Of a stretch of 32,454 nt of DNA, positions 1-10,225 are shown piece by piece (position 1 is the stretch's first letter; every line of letters starts with the position of its first letter). The notes beneath the pieces are model-generated. The model made no database searches. It was not told the origin of the DNA and worked only from the letters and a program-made list of their open reading frames with translations. This stretch comes from Spirochaetota bacterium (GTDB taxonomy: Bacteria; Spirochaetota; B62-G9). The translations under genes and the position numbers were made by a program. Location of the stretch: contig QNBN01000003.1 in NCBI GenBank assembly GCA_003645695.1, positions 1 through 32,454 of the forward strand. Direction: 5' to 3'.

Positions 1-38
1 AGATCTTAATAAACTATAATTGTAAACTATCCAAAAAA

Positions 39-1073
39 ATGAAAATCAAACTTATAACTAACACAATTATCGCCTTATTTCTTTCTCTGATTTTAACAAG
101 CCCACTTGAGGGGGTAAGCTCCTCAAAACCTATTTCGGCATCTAAAATACCTTTAGATAACGATTCGACAAATGTTAATTTTGTAGATGGCAAAGATAAT
201 TATAAAGTTAATATTAAACTTCTAACAAGCACTCCTGTTTACGTCGGAGATCCAATAGACATTATTTTATCAATAGATACTAATAGGGATTTTAACATCG
301 ATTTCCCAAGAGATGACAGCAGCTTCTACCCCTTTCACCTAAACAACTACCAGGTAAAAGAGAAAAAAAGAAAAAAGCAAAAGTCAATTTTCATTTATTA
401 TACTCTAACACCGCTATACGCTGGCAAAGCCCTGGTACCGCCTCTTACTGTAAAAATCAACGGTAATTTAGTTAAAACTAGCCCAATTGATATATATGTT
501 AAATCCAATATTAAGAAGGATGATAAACGGGATATCAATGATATTGTAGGCCCTCTTGGAAATGGAAAATATATCTTCATCATAGTATTCTTTGCAATTA
601 TCATTTTTATAATCATCCTTTTTTACAGAAAAAAGTTCAACTTTTCATTAAGGAAAAAGAAGATAAATTTTAATAATATTGAAAGAAATATTACATATGA
701 CCCGATTCTAACATCGATTCTCTCCATCTATGCAATCAGGTATAACCACAAAATCTCAATTAAAGATAGATACTACAAACTTTCAAGCCTGCTTAAAAGA
801 TTGTTGGGGGAAATGCTGGATTTGAACCTCATGCCTCTAACTACAAATAGGATAAAAGATTTGCTGCATAAAAATCTTTCCTCAGAATTCTACGAATATC
901 TTTCAAAAAAATTAGATAAATACGATGAAATAAAATACTCAAAAAGGAGTCTTGAGACAGAATATAAATTTAATCTGGAAAAGGAGTTTCCCGAAGAAAC
1001 CGAAGAACTCCTCTTATTTCTCTATAGCTTATTAAAGGCTCATTACAGAAAGATGGTTGAGGTTAGGATATAA
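39..1073 (+). CDS. Membrane protein of the Bat/MoxR-VWA operon (BatD-like N-terminal domain plus TM helix)
   Basis: 344 aa ORF with a signal-like N-terminus, a beta-rich region (YTLTPLYAGKALVPPLTVKING), INDIVGP followed by a TM helix; ends 2 nt before batA. Confidence 0.65.
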   Translation: MKIKLITNTIIALFLSLILTSPLEGVSSSKPISASKIPLDNDSTNVNFVDGKDNYKVNIKLLTSTPVYVGDPIDIILSIDTNRDFNIDFPRDDSSFYPFHLNNYQVKEKKRKKQKSIFIYYTLTPLYAGKALVPPLTVKINGNLVKTSPIDIYVKSNIKKDDKRDINDIVGPLGNGKYIFIIVFFAIIIFIIILFYRKKFNFSLRKKKINFNNIERNITYDPILTSILSIYAIRYNHKISIKDRYYKLSSLLKRLLGEMLDLNLMPLTTNRIKDLLHKNLSSEFYEYLSKKLDKYDEIKYSKRSLETEYKFNLEKEFPEETEELLLFLYSLLKAHYRKMVEVRI

Positions 1074-1075
1074 TT

Positions 1076-2053
1076 ATGGTTTTAAAAAACTACTACCTCC
1101 TTGGATTATTAATTATAATACCTGCTCTCATTTATCTTTATAAACGTCAAATTTACAAAAACAGTCTGCATATCCCTCTGCCAGAACTCGGATTAAATCA
1201 TGTAAATAGGAAGAAGATATATCTATATCTAGAGAGATCTTTTATATTTATAGGCATCATATTTTTAATTGTTTCGCTTGCAAGACCACAGGCAGGCTAT
1301 ATGTACAAAAAAAGCGTAAAAGAAGGCATTGATATCATTCTTGCAATGGATACATCATCCAGTATGAAAGCGGAAGACTTCAAACCCAATCGGCTTGAAG
1401 CTGCAAAAAAGGTTGCCTTAAGTTTTATAGATAACAGGATTAACGATAGAATTGGCATTGTAATATTCAGCAAGGCTGCTATTACCCTATGCCCTCTCAC
1501 CTTTGATTACAGCGTTGTAAAAAACTTTATAGAATCCCTTGAATCGGGAATCATTGATGATGGGACAGCTATAGGAACTGCAATTGCTGAGGGAGCAACA
1601 AGACTATCAAAATCGAAGGCTAAAAGCAAAATTATTATTCTTCTTACGGATGGGATTAACAATAGCGGTAATATAGACCCCCTCACTGCAGCAAAAACAG
1701 CTGCCCTCATTGGAATCAGGGTGTACACTATTGGTGTAGGTAGTATTGGTAAGGTTCCTTATCCGGTTGATGACCCCATATTTGGAAAACGATATGTGAA
1801 TGTGGATATCTCTCTCGATGAGAAGGTACTAAAAAATATTGCAGAAATTACCGGTGGAAAATATTTTAAAGCTACCAATCAGAAAAAACTTGAAGATATA
1901 TACAGAGAAATAAATAAAATGGAAAAAACCACGATAGAAACAAGGGAGTTTTTAAAAAGAAAAGAGGTATTTTACTATTTTCTGATAGTTGGCATTCTCC
2001 TTATAATGATGCATATTTTTATTAATGACTGGTCACAAAAAGAGATACTTTAA
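1076..2053 (+). CDS. batA: BatA, VWA domain membrane protein
   Basis: N-terminal TM helices ending in SLARPQ, MIDAS DTSSS, GTAIG, LLTDGINN, IAEITGGKYF, C-terminal TM. Confidence 0.9.
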   Translation: MVLKNYYLLGLLIIIPALIYLYKRQIYKNSLHIPLPELGLNHVNRKKIYLYLERSFIFIGIIFLIVSLARPQAGYMYKKSVKEGIDIILAMDTSSSMKAEDFKPNRLEAAKKVALSFIDNRINDRIGIVIFSKAAITLCPLTFDYSVVKNFIESLESGIIDDGTAIGTAIAEGATRLSKSKAKSKIIILLTDGINNSGNIDPLTAAKTAALIGIRVYTIGVGSIGKVPYPVDDPIFGKRYVNVDISLDEKVLKNIAEITGGKYFKATNQKKLEDIYREINKMEKTTIETREFLKRKEVFYYFLIVGILLIMMHIFINDWSQKEIL

Positions 2054-2077
2054 AAAATATGATAAAGAAAGTGAGCC

Positions 2078-3121
2078 ATGAGATTCGAATACAGTTATTT
2101 TCTATTTCTTGAAGTTTTACCCCTATTGGTGTTTGTGATCTCTATGATTTTATTTAAAAAAAGGGTAAATGCCTTATCCGAAAAGTTTGACATTAAACTT
2201 ATTGAAAAATACAGGGAAACAAATATAAAAAAACAATACCTCTATAGAAATCTATTTATCTCTATCGCATTATTTTTCTTAATTTTATCCCTCGCGAGGC
2301 CCCAGATCGGGACAAAAAAGGTAACTATAAGTCAACCGCTTAAGAATATCTATTTTGCAATTGATCTTTCCTCAAGCATGAGTGCAAAGGATGTAAACCC
2401 AAGCAGAATAGAGCGAGCAAAATTGGATGTACTTTCGGTTATCAACACACTCCAGAACGAAAAGGTCGGATTGATATTCTTCTCTAACAATGCTTTTCTG
2501 CAAAGTCCTGCTACAACCGATTATGATATAATTATAAATATTTTACAAGCAATTTCCGATGAAATAACAATAAACACCAAAACAAATATCATCAGCCCTA
2601 TATTGCTTACAAAAACCCTCCTGAAAGAAAAAACCAGGGTCACAAAACCAGGCGAAAACGATGCTAATTCTACACTCCTTGTTATATTGACCGATGGTGA
2701 AGATAATTATGAGAGATTTAATAAAAGATTAAAACGATTAAAAGGAATGCCCTTCAAACTGTTTTTTGTCGTAATAGGAACTCCTTTTGGATCCCCAATC
2801 CCAATAAAAACCGAAGATGGAAGCATACACTATTTGAAAAACAGTTCAGGGAACTTAATCCTAACAAAACTAAATACTGAAAAAATCAGGCAGATAATTA
2901 AAAAAACAGGCGGTGGTTATATCGTGTCCAAGAACCCACTTTATGATACAAAAAAAATAAAAAATAGCTATAAGAACTTAAAATCAAAGATTGTCAAAAA
3001 GGAATTTATCATCAGAAAGGAGCTATACCAGATTCCCCTTGTTCTCTCCCTTATTTTTATAATCCTATATCTGTCTATTGTATTTAAAAATAAGGAGTTT
3101 TTCGGAGAAGCAAAAGAATGA
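2078..3121 (+). CDS. batB: BatB, VWA domain membrane protein
   Basis: SLARPQIG, DLSSSMSAKDVNPSRIERAK, LTDGED, GTPFGSPIP; follows batA. Confidence 0.85.
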   Translation: MRFEYSYFLFLEVLPLLVFVISMILFKKRVNALSEKFDIKLIEKYRETNIKKQYLYRNLFISIALFFLILSLARPQIGTKKVTISQPLKNIYFAIDLSSSMSAKDVNPSRIERAKLDVLSVINTLQNEKVGLIFFSNNAFLQSPATTDYDIIINILQAISDEITINTKTNIISPILLTKTLLKEKTRVTKPGENDANSTLLVILTDGEDNYERFNKRLKRLKGMPFKLFFVVIGTPFGSPIPIKTEDGSIHYLKNSSGNLILTKLNTEKIRQIIKKTGGGYIVSKNPLYDTKKIKNSYKNLKSKIVKKEFIIRKELYQIPLVLSLIFIILYLSIVFKNKEFFGEAKE

Positions 3122-3834
3122 AAAAACAGTTATCGAAAACCATCATATTTTTGATTATTATTTTGATTGGGACTACCATTTTACCATTTTCAAAATGCAA
3201 TGCGGGTCTCTTCAAACTTTTAAAAGGTAACCATGCATACAAAGAAGGCTATTATGCTGATGCTCTTAACATATATAAATCTGAAATTACCAGGAATACT
3301 GACAACAATAAAGCCATATTTAATGCAGCTAACAGTTTATACAAACTTGAGAATTATACAAAAGCTATAGATTATTACAGAAGAGCCCTTCTAAACTCAA
3401 AAAATAAAAAAATAAGAACAATGATCTATTATAATATGGGTAATTCATTCTTTAAACTTGGCAATTATGAAGAGGCTATGAAAGACTACCTCAAAGCGCT
3501 TGAGTTAGAACCATACAATGTAAAAATAAAACAAAATCTGGAGATTACTGCAGAAAAATTAAAAAAAGCAAAAAATAAAGGTGAACCCCCCTCTCCTTCA
3601 CAACATGGAAAGAACACCAATGATAAGATGGAAAAATCCCAAATGAAGGAGCAGAAAAAAAGTAAGAATGAAACCCCAACCACAAAACCTGAAAATCAGA
3701 AAACAGGCAAAGCATTAACCGAAGAGGAAGCTAAGAAGATTCTCAGATCCCTTGAGGAGAAGGATCAATATCAACTACAGAGGATAATTAAGAATAGATT
3801 GGAAAAGGAAACGAATAATGAAAATGGATGGTAA
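3118..3834 (+). CDS. batC: BatC-like TPR protein
   Basis: Signal peptide, TPR repeats (YYNMGNSFFKLGNYEEAMKDYLKALELEP), low-complexity K/E/Q tail, terminal Trp; 4-nt overlap with batB. Confidence 0.8.
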   Translation: MKKQLSKTIIFLIIILIGTTILPFSKCNAGLFKLLKGNHAYKEGYYADALNIYKSEITRNTDNNKAIFNAANSLYKLENYTKAIDYYRRALLNSKNKKIRTMIYYNMGNSFFKLGNYEEAMKDYLKALELEPYNVKIKQNLEITAEKLKKAKNKGEPPSPSQHGKNTNDKMEKSQMKEQKKSKNETPTTKPENQKTGKALTEEEAKKILRSLEEKDQYQLQRIIKNRLEKETNNENGW

Positions 3835-5620
3835 ACCAAAACTATTTTTAATAGCTTTTTTTGTTGTATTTATTCTTTCGGTTCTTATTGCAGCACCATC
3901 GATTAGCTCTGCTGAAAAGGTTGTTAAAATTTATTCTTCTGTTGATGAAAATCAAATAGGGATTAACCAAACACTCACCCTTTCAGTAACCATAGAGACC
4001 AAAAACATCTCAAAGGTCTTAGAACCATCCATTCCTGATATCTCGCCCTTTAAAGTTGTAAGCAAGAATAGCAGCACATCGACAGAGATATCCTTTATAA
4101 ATGGTAAAACTTCAAGGGTAAAAAAATATCGGTATAAGTACACTTTAAAACCGGGTAAAATCGGAAAGTTCTTAATAAGCCCAATCTCTGTTACCTATAA
4201 GGGTAAGGAGTATAAAACTGACCCAATAGTAATAACCGTTACAGAAAAAAACATTGAAAGAGAATACATAACTGATGAAGGGCTTAAAATAGACCCTATA
4301 CAGCTAAAAAAGGAGATATTTGTAAAAGCCAAAATAAATAAACAAACAGCATATGTTGGCGAGCAGTTGAGTCTTCGTTACGAGATATTTTCCACTCACG
4401 AGATCGAACAAATATCGATTATAAGCATGCCAAAAATGGAGGGCTTTTACAGGATTGATATAGAAAATCCATCCAGGTTAAAGTACAATAATCTATATTC
4501 AAAAGGAAAAAATTACAAACATTCTGTTATAAAAAAACTAGTTCTATATCCACTCTACCCTGGGAATTTTAATATTTCCCCAATTGAAACAAAGGTAACA
4601 GCTCTCATAAGAAACAGGGAGTTTCCGAACCTTTTTGCTCTTCCTTACACCCTTATTTTGAAGACTCCGGAATTAGCTGTGAAGGTGATTCCCCTTCCTG
4701 AATACAATGGAAAATACAGTTTTACCGGTATAGTCGGTAAACTTCAGGTAGATGTAGCGCAGCATTCAAAATCAATTTACCAGGGGGAATCTTCAAGGTT
4801 TTATATAACGGTTAAAAGCAACGGAAATCTCAATAATATAAAAGATATACATTTTTCTCATCCAGAAAATTGTAAAATAATCCTTTCAGATATCTATAAT
4901 GATAAAAAACTTTTAAACGGTACCTACTACTTTTCAAAGAAGTTTGAATATACCATCATTCCTGAGAAAAATGGAAAGCTAGTAGTAAAGGCTGAAAAAC
5001 TTCTGTATTTTGATACAGACAAAAAAAGTTATGTTTCTCTTAACATAAAACCGCTATACTTCGATGTTAATCCAGTACCCACATCAGAAAACATAAACAC
5101 AGAAACAGAAAAAACTACAGTCGAGGACAAAGATATAAAATCAAAATATAAAAATCTACTTTTTATTGTTATTTCATCCTTCTCTATTCTTACAGCCATT
5201 CTTGTATACCTCCTTTTTAAAACAAAGAAATCCAATTTTAGAAATCATGAGATTAATAAAAATAAAAGTGAAACTAATGAAAATTTAAGAAATATAAGGC
5301 TACTAATGGCAGAAGCTGAAAGTAAGCTCTTAAATGATAATGTTGCTGAAGCATCGAGTTTAATTAAAAGAGCTATAACCTATGCCTTAAGCGCCAGGTT
5401 AGGAATATCCAGCGGGAAGGTAACTATAAAGAATATAGAAAAAAGCAATTTAGATGAAGCTTTAAAGGAAGAATTAAAGAATTCCCTAAGTATACTGAAT
5501 AAGATTATTTACTCTCCTGAAAAAGAGGATTTAATCAAAAACAAGGGGCTGCTTAGCGTAAACATTGAAAAATTTGAAAGTTTAATCAAAAGATTAGAAG
5601 ACGATAGCTTCAGCCAATAG
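3818..5620 (+). CDS. batD: BatD family protein
   Basis: Signal peptide, repeated Ig-like BatD segments (KQTAYVGEQL, LYPLYPGNFNISP, FTGIVG), TM helix near residue 450-470; overlaps batC. Confidence 0.8.
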   Translation: MKMDGKPKLFLIAFFVVFILSVLIAAPSISSAEKVVKIYSSVDENQIGINQTLTLSVTIETKNISKVLEPSIPDISPFKVVSKNSSTSTEISFINGKTSRVKKYRYKYTLKPGKIGKFLISPISVTYKGKEYKTDPIVITVTEKNIEREYITDEGLKIDPIQLKKEIFVKAKINKQTAYVGEQLSLRYEIFSTHEIEQISIISMPKMEGFYRIDIENPSRLKYNNLYSKGKNYKHSVIKKLVLYPLYPGNFNISPIETKVTALIRNREFPNLFALPYTLILKTPELAVKVIPLPEYNGKYSFTGIVGKLQVDVAQHSKSIYQGESSRFYITVKSNGNLNNIKDIHFSHPENCKIILSDIYNDKKLLNGTYYFSKKFEYTIIPEKNGKLVVKAEKLLYFDTDKKSYVSLNIKPLYFDVNPVPTSENINTETEKTTVEDKDIKSKYKNLLFIVISSFSILTAILVYLLFKTKKSNFRNHEINKNKSETNENLRNIRLLMAEAESKLLNDNVAEASSLIKRAITYALSARLGISSGKVTIKNIEKSNLDEALKEELKNSLSILNKIIYSPEKEDLIKNKGLLSVNIEKFESLIKRLEDDSFSQ

Positions 5621-6329
5621 ATTTGAGTCCTGAAATGTCTTTTATATCTAGGATATCCTTTTTCATTAAACCAACTATAGCAAGATAAGGTATATCAATT
5701 AACCAGTTAACCTTATCAATAATAACTGTATCTGAGGTGGCGACAAGATTTGTCGCTCCTGCTCTTTTGGCTTCTTCCACAACAAGATAATCGCAGTTTC
5801 TATCAACAGTTACTTCCCCATTTATCTCTAAATCAGAAAAAACAGATCGCATATACATTGCAAAATCACCAATTTTTGATACCCTGTAATCCAAAAAAAG
5901 ATATACAGCAATCTGTTTTTCTGTAATTTTTAGAATTGAAGTTAATACTCCTATCAAAAGATCAAAAGCTTTCTTTGTCCTATCCTCATATGTGAAATTT
6001 CCATATACACCAGAAATATCTCTTACAAAACCATCAAGTGATTTAAATACAATCTTTCCCAGAAGATAACTATGTATTGATATAAGAACATTAAGCCCAT
6101 CAATTATTATTGCATTGATAATCCTATCAAATGATTTCACTATTTTTTTTCTTCTTATTTTGCAGGTCTCTCTGTCAAAAACTCCTCTCAGCAGTATTTG
6201 CCTTTCATTTTTCCCTAACATATACCTATTTCCCACAAGCTCAATAGAAGGTCTCTTAGGGTATCCCCGATCAAGCAACCATACAAGGTCATTTATTGCT
6301 TGTTTAAAATTTCTATTTAACTCTACCAT
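5610..6329 (-). CDS. DUF434 family protein (PIN-like domain)
   Basis: LLDRGYP...LVGNRYML N-terminus; acidic motifs IDGLNVLI, DGFVRDIS, ATSDTVIID. Confidence 0.8.
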   Translation of the reverse strand: MVELNRNFKQAINDLVWLLDRGYPKRPSIELVGNRYMLGKNERQILLRGVFDRETCKIRRKKIVKSFDRIINAIIIDGLNVLISIHSYLLGKIVFKSLDGFVRDISGVYGNFTYEDRTKKAFDLLIGVLTSILKITEKQIAVYLFLDYRVSKIGDFAMYMRSVFSDLEINGEVTVDRNCDYLVVEEAKRAGATNLVATSDTVIIDKVNWLIDIPYLAIVGLMKKDILDIKDISGLKSIG

Positions 6330-6431
6330 ATTTAATTATATTATTGTAAAATATACTAAAAGAGAAATCAAAATCTTATTTGTTTTAAAAAAATCCATTT
6401 TTTATTATACAAGTTTTTAAAAGGAGTTCAA

Positions 6432-7706
6432 TTGAGTCTTAAAATTACTAAACTCTTCATCATTCTAATTTTTATATTGACAGCTATCTTAACCATAGGT
6501 CATAAACAGGGTCTGCTGGCATCTAAAGGAAAGGATAGTAGTTCGGAAGAAAAGAATAAAAATAAAGAGCTCATTGTCTGGCATACCCTCAGTAGCTATA
6601 ATAAAGAAGTTTTAAAAAACCTGACAAAGGATTACAACACACATAACCCTTCAATATCCGTTAGAACAGTCTTCTACAGCAACGATAAGGATATGGTTAT
6701 TAATCTAATGAAGAAGGATTCACTTCCTGATATAGTGCTGATATCAACTCAATATATAGAAGACCTTGCAAAAAAGAATATTCTGGTTGATCTTTCAAAA
6801 TTAATCCCAAAAAAAGAGTATCAAGATATAGATAAAAGATTCTGGAAACCGGTAGAGCTGTCGGGTGGCGTATATGGTTTTCCTTTTATGTATGATGTTT
6901 TTATGCTCTTTGTAAATCAAAATAGTCTGTGGGATATCGGTTTAAGAGATTACAGGGAACCTACAAACTGGGAAGAAATAGAGAAAATAGCATCCAAAAT
7001 ACACTATCTTGATACAAGAAAATGGGGGATATTTATACCTCTTGAAAATATTGAAGAATTCTCGAGCTATATTAAAAGTTATACTGGTGAAGATATAGTA
7101 AAGGAAGATAGCATTACTGTTAATGGTAAAAGCACAATAAGGGCTATGCAGTTTCTTCAAAACCTTATATATCAAAGAAAAATTATGCCACCAAAAACAA
7201 CCCTAAACGAGGCTCAATCTATTTTTTTAAGCGGTAAACTCAGCGTTATGATGTCTTTAAGCTCCAATCTGGTTTATACTACCTCTAACTTTCCTTATAA
7301 CCTTGATGTTTGGAAAATGCCTGCAAAAGAAGGAGGAACATATATAAAAAGTAGCTGTCTTGCTATAATTAAAAAGAACAATTCTAAAAATGAAAAAGAT
7401 GCATTTGACCTTATTGAGTTTCTTGTGAACAAAGAAAACAGTATAAAATGGTTTACCCATACAGGAGTTCCTCCATTAAAAAAGAGTATAAAGGATTCCC
7501 TGGTGCTTTTGCTTTTCTATGAAAACAATCCCAACTATTCCATTTCTATGTTTGAATTAGATAGAGGTAGGGTCTTTCCAAAAATTAAACATTACTATGA
7601 AATAAATGAAATTATTAAAAATGCAGTAGAAGAGATAATGATTAATGGTGAAAGCCCAGGTGAAAGTTTGGATAAGGCTCAGAACAGAATAGAATCCTTG
7701 AAATAA
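6432..7706 (+). CDS. ABC transporter substrate-binding protein (carbohydrate/UgpB-like)
   Basis: TTG start after AAGGAG; N-terminal hydrophobic helix; LIVWH, LPDIV, YGFPF, PTNWEE, FLSGKLSVM motifs. Confidence 0.8.
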   Translation: MSLKITKLFIILIFILTAILTIGHKQGLLASKGKDSSSEEKNKNKELIVWHTLSSYNKEVLKNLTKDYNTHNPSISVRTVFYSNDKDMVINLMKKDSLPDIVLISTQYIEDLAKKNILVDLSKLIPKKEYQDIDKRFWKPVELSGGVYGFPFMYDVFMLFVNQNSLWDIGLRDYREPTNWEEIEKIASKIHYLDTRKWGIFIPLENIEEFSSYIKSYTGEDIVKEDSITVNGKSTIRAMQFLQNLIYQRKIMPPKTTLNEAQSIFLSGKLSVMMSLSSNLVYTTSNFPYNLDVWKMPAKEGGTYIKSSCLAIIKKNNSKNEKDAFDLIEFLVNKENSIKWFTHTGVPPLKKSIKDSLVLLLFYENNPNYSISMFELDRGRVFPKIKHYYEINEIIKNAVEEIMINGESPGESLDKAQNRIESLK

Positions 7707-7735
7707 TTTATATACTGCTTTTTGGAGGAGTAGAA

Positions 7736-8401
7736 ATGCAAGATGTAAATATAGATGAATCAATAATAGAAAAATCACAAAGGGCATATGAGATCTTTAA
7801 CATACTTAAAAAGGAATATCCAGATGCAAGGATTCTTCTAATCTATTCGAACCCATTTGAGCTACTTATTGCTACCATCCTTTCTGCACAATGTACTGAT
7901 GAAAGGGTAAATCAGATTACACCAAAGCTATTCGAAAGGTTTCCCAATCCTGAAAAGCTTGCAAATGCTGACAGAAAAGAAGTTGAAGAGATTATAAGAC
8001 CTACAGGTTTTTTCAGCAATAAGGCAAAAAATATTATTGGTGTATCTAAAGCAATTATAGAAAAGTTCAATGGAAAGGTTCCCGAGAATATTGATGACTT
8101 AACATCCCTTCCTGGAGTAGGAAGAAAAACTGCCAATGTAGTTTTAAGTAACTGTTTCAACAAACCTGCTATAATAGTTGATACTCATCTAAGGCGAGTT
8201 AGTCAGAGGCTTGGTTTAACCGAAAACAAAGATCCTGATAAAATAGAGCAGGACTTAAATGAATTAATAGAGGAGAAGGATAGAACAAAGTTTTCACATG
8301 TTATTGGATTTCATGGGAGGTTTACATGCAAAGCAAAAAAACCGGATTGTGGAATCTGCAAGGTCCATCATCTATGCCCGTCAGCGGAAAAAATATCATA
8401 A
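7736..8401 (+). CDS. nth: Endonuclease III
   Basis: LLIATILSAQCTDERVN, HhH LPGVGRKTANVV, VDTH, C-x6-C-x2-C-x5-C Fe-S motif; GGAGG RBS. Confidence 0.96.
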   Translation: MQDVNIDESIIEKSQRAYEIFNILKKEYPDARILLIYSNPFELLIATILSAQCTDERVNQITPKLFERFPNPEKLANADRKEVEEIIRPTGFFSNKAKNIIGVSKAIIEKFNGKVPENIDDLTSLPGVGRKTANVVLSNCFNKPAIIVDTHLRRVSQRLGLTENKDPDKIEQDLNELIEEKDRTKFSHVIGFHGRFTCKAKKPDCGICKVHHLCPSAEKIS

Positions 8402-8408
8402 GAAACCC

Positions 8409-10124
8409 TTAATTCGCAGGTAACCAATTATAAAACTTATATGGGAACACTCCAGTAAATTCCCCTACTTCAAATACCCTTCTAAACATAGCATCTACTG
8501 AGGTCAAAAATGAACCGTATGATGTTACAGCAATTTTTGCATTATTAATAACCTTAAAAGCTAAAAGAGGATGATCTACTATAAACAAGGCATAGGGCAC
8601 CTTACATTTATCGAGAATTTTCAACCATAAAAGGTGTTTTTCATTTGAAAATCCAACGATGGCAAACTTATACCCCTTTATTTTATTCGTAAGATATCTA
8701 ATCCGTTTTTTGTTCTTTCTATTTCTATACAAATACCAGGCATCTATAACTTTCCAATCAGGAAGGTACTTAGATGACAGGGATGTAAAGGTACCTGAAG
8801 GAGAAATTATAATTCCTTTAACACTATTATTTCTCATTTCCCTAAAAAATTCATTGGTTGATTTACCTGTTTTATTTAAAAGCAGGGTAATCCCCTTCCC
8901 GATTCTATCTCTTACCTGTTTCTCTGTAGTATTCACCAAAAGTTCATTTGCACCTCTACCTTCTTTAATTTCATAAAACTTTTTTAGATATTTCTTCTTT
9001 AGATATAAGACTCTTCTTACTTTCTCATTGAGTATCTTTTCATTTAATACGCCTGATGTAAAAAGAACTGGAACTTCGTCTACCAATTTTTTATGTACTT
9101 CCTTTGAGTGAGCAAACAGTAAAATATCACATCCAGCGTTAAAAGATAAAATGAAAGCATTTATTGGATCAGTTGCTACACCTTCAGCTCCTTTCATTTC
9201 AAGGTCATCCGTTACTACAATCCCTCTAAAACCTAAATAATCCCTTAGCAAACCATTAATAACAGGAGTAGAAAGAGAAGCTGGATATTTTTCATCTATC
9301 GAACTATAAATTATATTGGAAACCATTAAAGCATCAAGAGTTCCATCTCCCTGAGCATCGAGATAAGGAAGAATATGAATTTTTAGTATTTTTTCAAGAT
9401 CAATATCGACGATCCCAACTGTGGTATGGCTGTCAAAATTACTCATACCATGCCCCGGAAAATGCTTCGGTACTGTAATGATACCCAGCTTTCTATGTTC
9501 ATCAATAAAAATACTGGCTATTCTATACACCACTTCAGGATCGGAACTGTATGACCTTGTATCTATCACCCGGTTCTCGGGGTTTGTAAGAACGTCAAAG
9601 CATGGAGCTAAGTTCATATTTATACCAACACTTAACAGATTGTTGGCAATCAATTTTGCCGCTAATCTGGCAAGCTTATAATCTCCTGAGGCTGAAACGA
9701 GGGCTGCCGATGGAGCAAGTGGAATCCCATCGTATCTAATATGATTCACCATCCCACCTTCCAGATCAGTAGCTATAAAAGGAGGTATTCTCAACCTCGT
9801 ATTGTCATTATATATTAAAATATCTGTAACAAGAGTGGAAAGCTGTGTTTTTGACCTCACATTACGAAGAAATATCTTGATATTTCCTAACTCACCGCTG
9901 GAAATCCACTTTCTATAATCATCATCAATATCGTATCCTTTAAAACCAAACATCAGAATCTGGCCTATCTTTTCTTTTAAACTCATATTTTCAAGGATAT
10001 CATCTATATCTGCTTCAAAGAAATCTCCATAGAGCTCTTTTTTTGTGGAGGAATACAGAGCTGTGGGATAAAACAGGAAAAGTATAAATAGGACACAAAT
10101 TGTTATAGGTATCAAATATTTCAT
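8409..10124 (-). CDS. nagZ: GH3 beta-N-acetylhexosaminidase (NagZ-like), exported
   Basis: ATDLEGG, KHFPGHG, DSH, TDDLEM motifs. Start moved from 10193 to ATG 10124 (MKYLIPITICVLF), which gives a signal peptide. Confidence 0.85.
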   Translation of the reverse strand: MKYLIPITICVLFILFLFYPTALYSSTKKELYGDFFEADIDDILENMSLKEKIGQILMFGFKGYDIDDDYRKWISSGELGNIKIFLRNVRSKTQLSTLVTDILIYNDNTRLRIPPFIATDLEGGMVNHIRYDGIPLAPSAALVSASGDYKLARLAAKLIANNLLSVGINMNLAPCFDVLTNPENRVIDTRSYSSDPEVVYRIASIFIDEHRKLGIITVPKHFPGHGMSNFDSHTTVGIVDIDLEKILKIHILPYLDAQGDGTLDALMVSNIIYSSIDEKYPASLSTPVINGLLRDYLGFRGIVVTDDLEMKGAEGVATDPINAFILSFNAGCDILLFAHSKEVHKKLVDEVPVLFTSGVLNEKILNEKVRRVLYLKKKYLKKFYEIKEGRGANELLVNTTEKQVRDRIGKGITLLLNKTGKSTNEFFREMRNNSVKGIIISPSGTFTSLSSKYLPDWKVIDAWYLYRNRKNKKRIRYLTNKIKGYKFAIVGFSNEKHLLWLKILDKCKVPYALFIVDHPLLAFKVINNAKIAVTSYGSFLTSVDAMFRRVFEVGEFTGVFPYKFYNWLPAN

Positions 10125-10225
10125 ATTATTAAAAAAAGGATTACCCCAACAGTTTATCTGGATATTGGAGTAATCCCAACTTTCAAGTTTCAAGTTTCAT
10201 ATTAACCCAATTACTTAGTTTCCAT

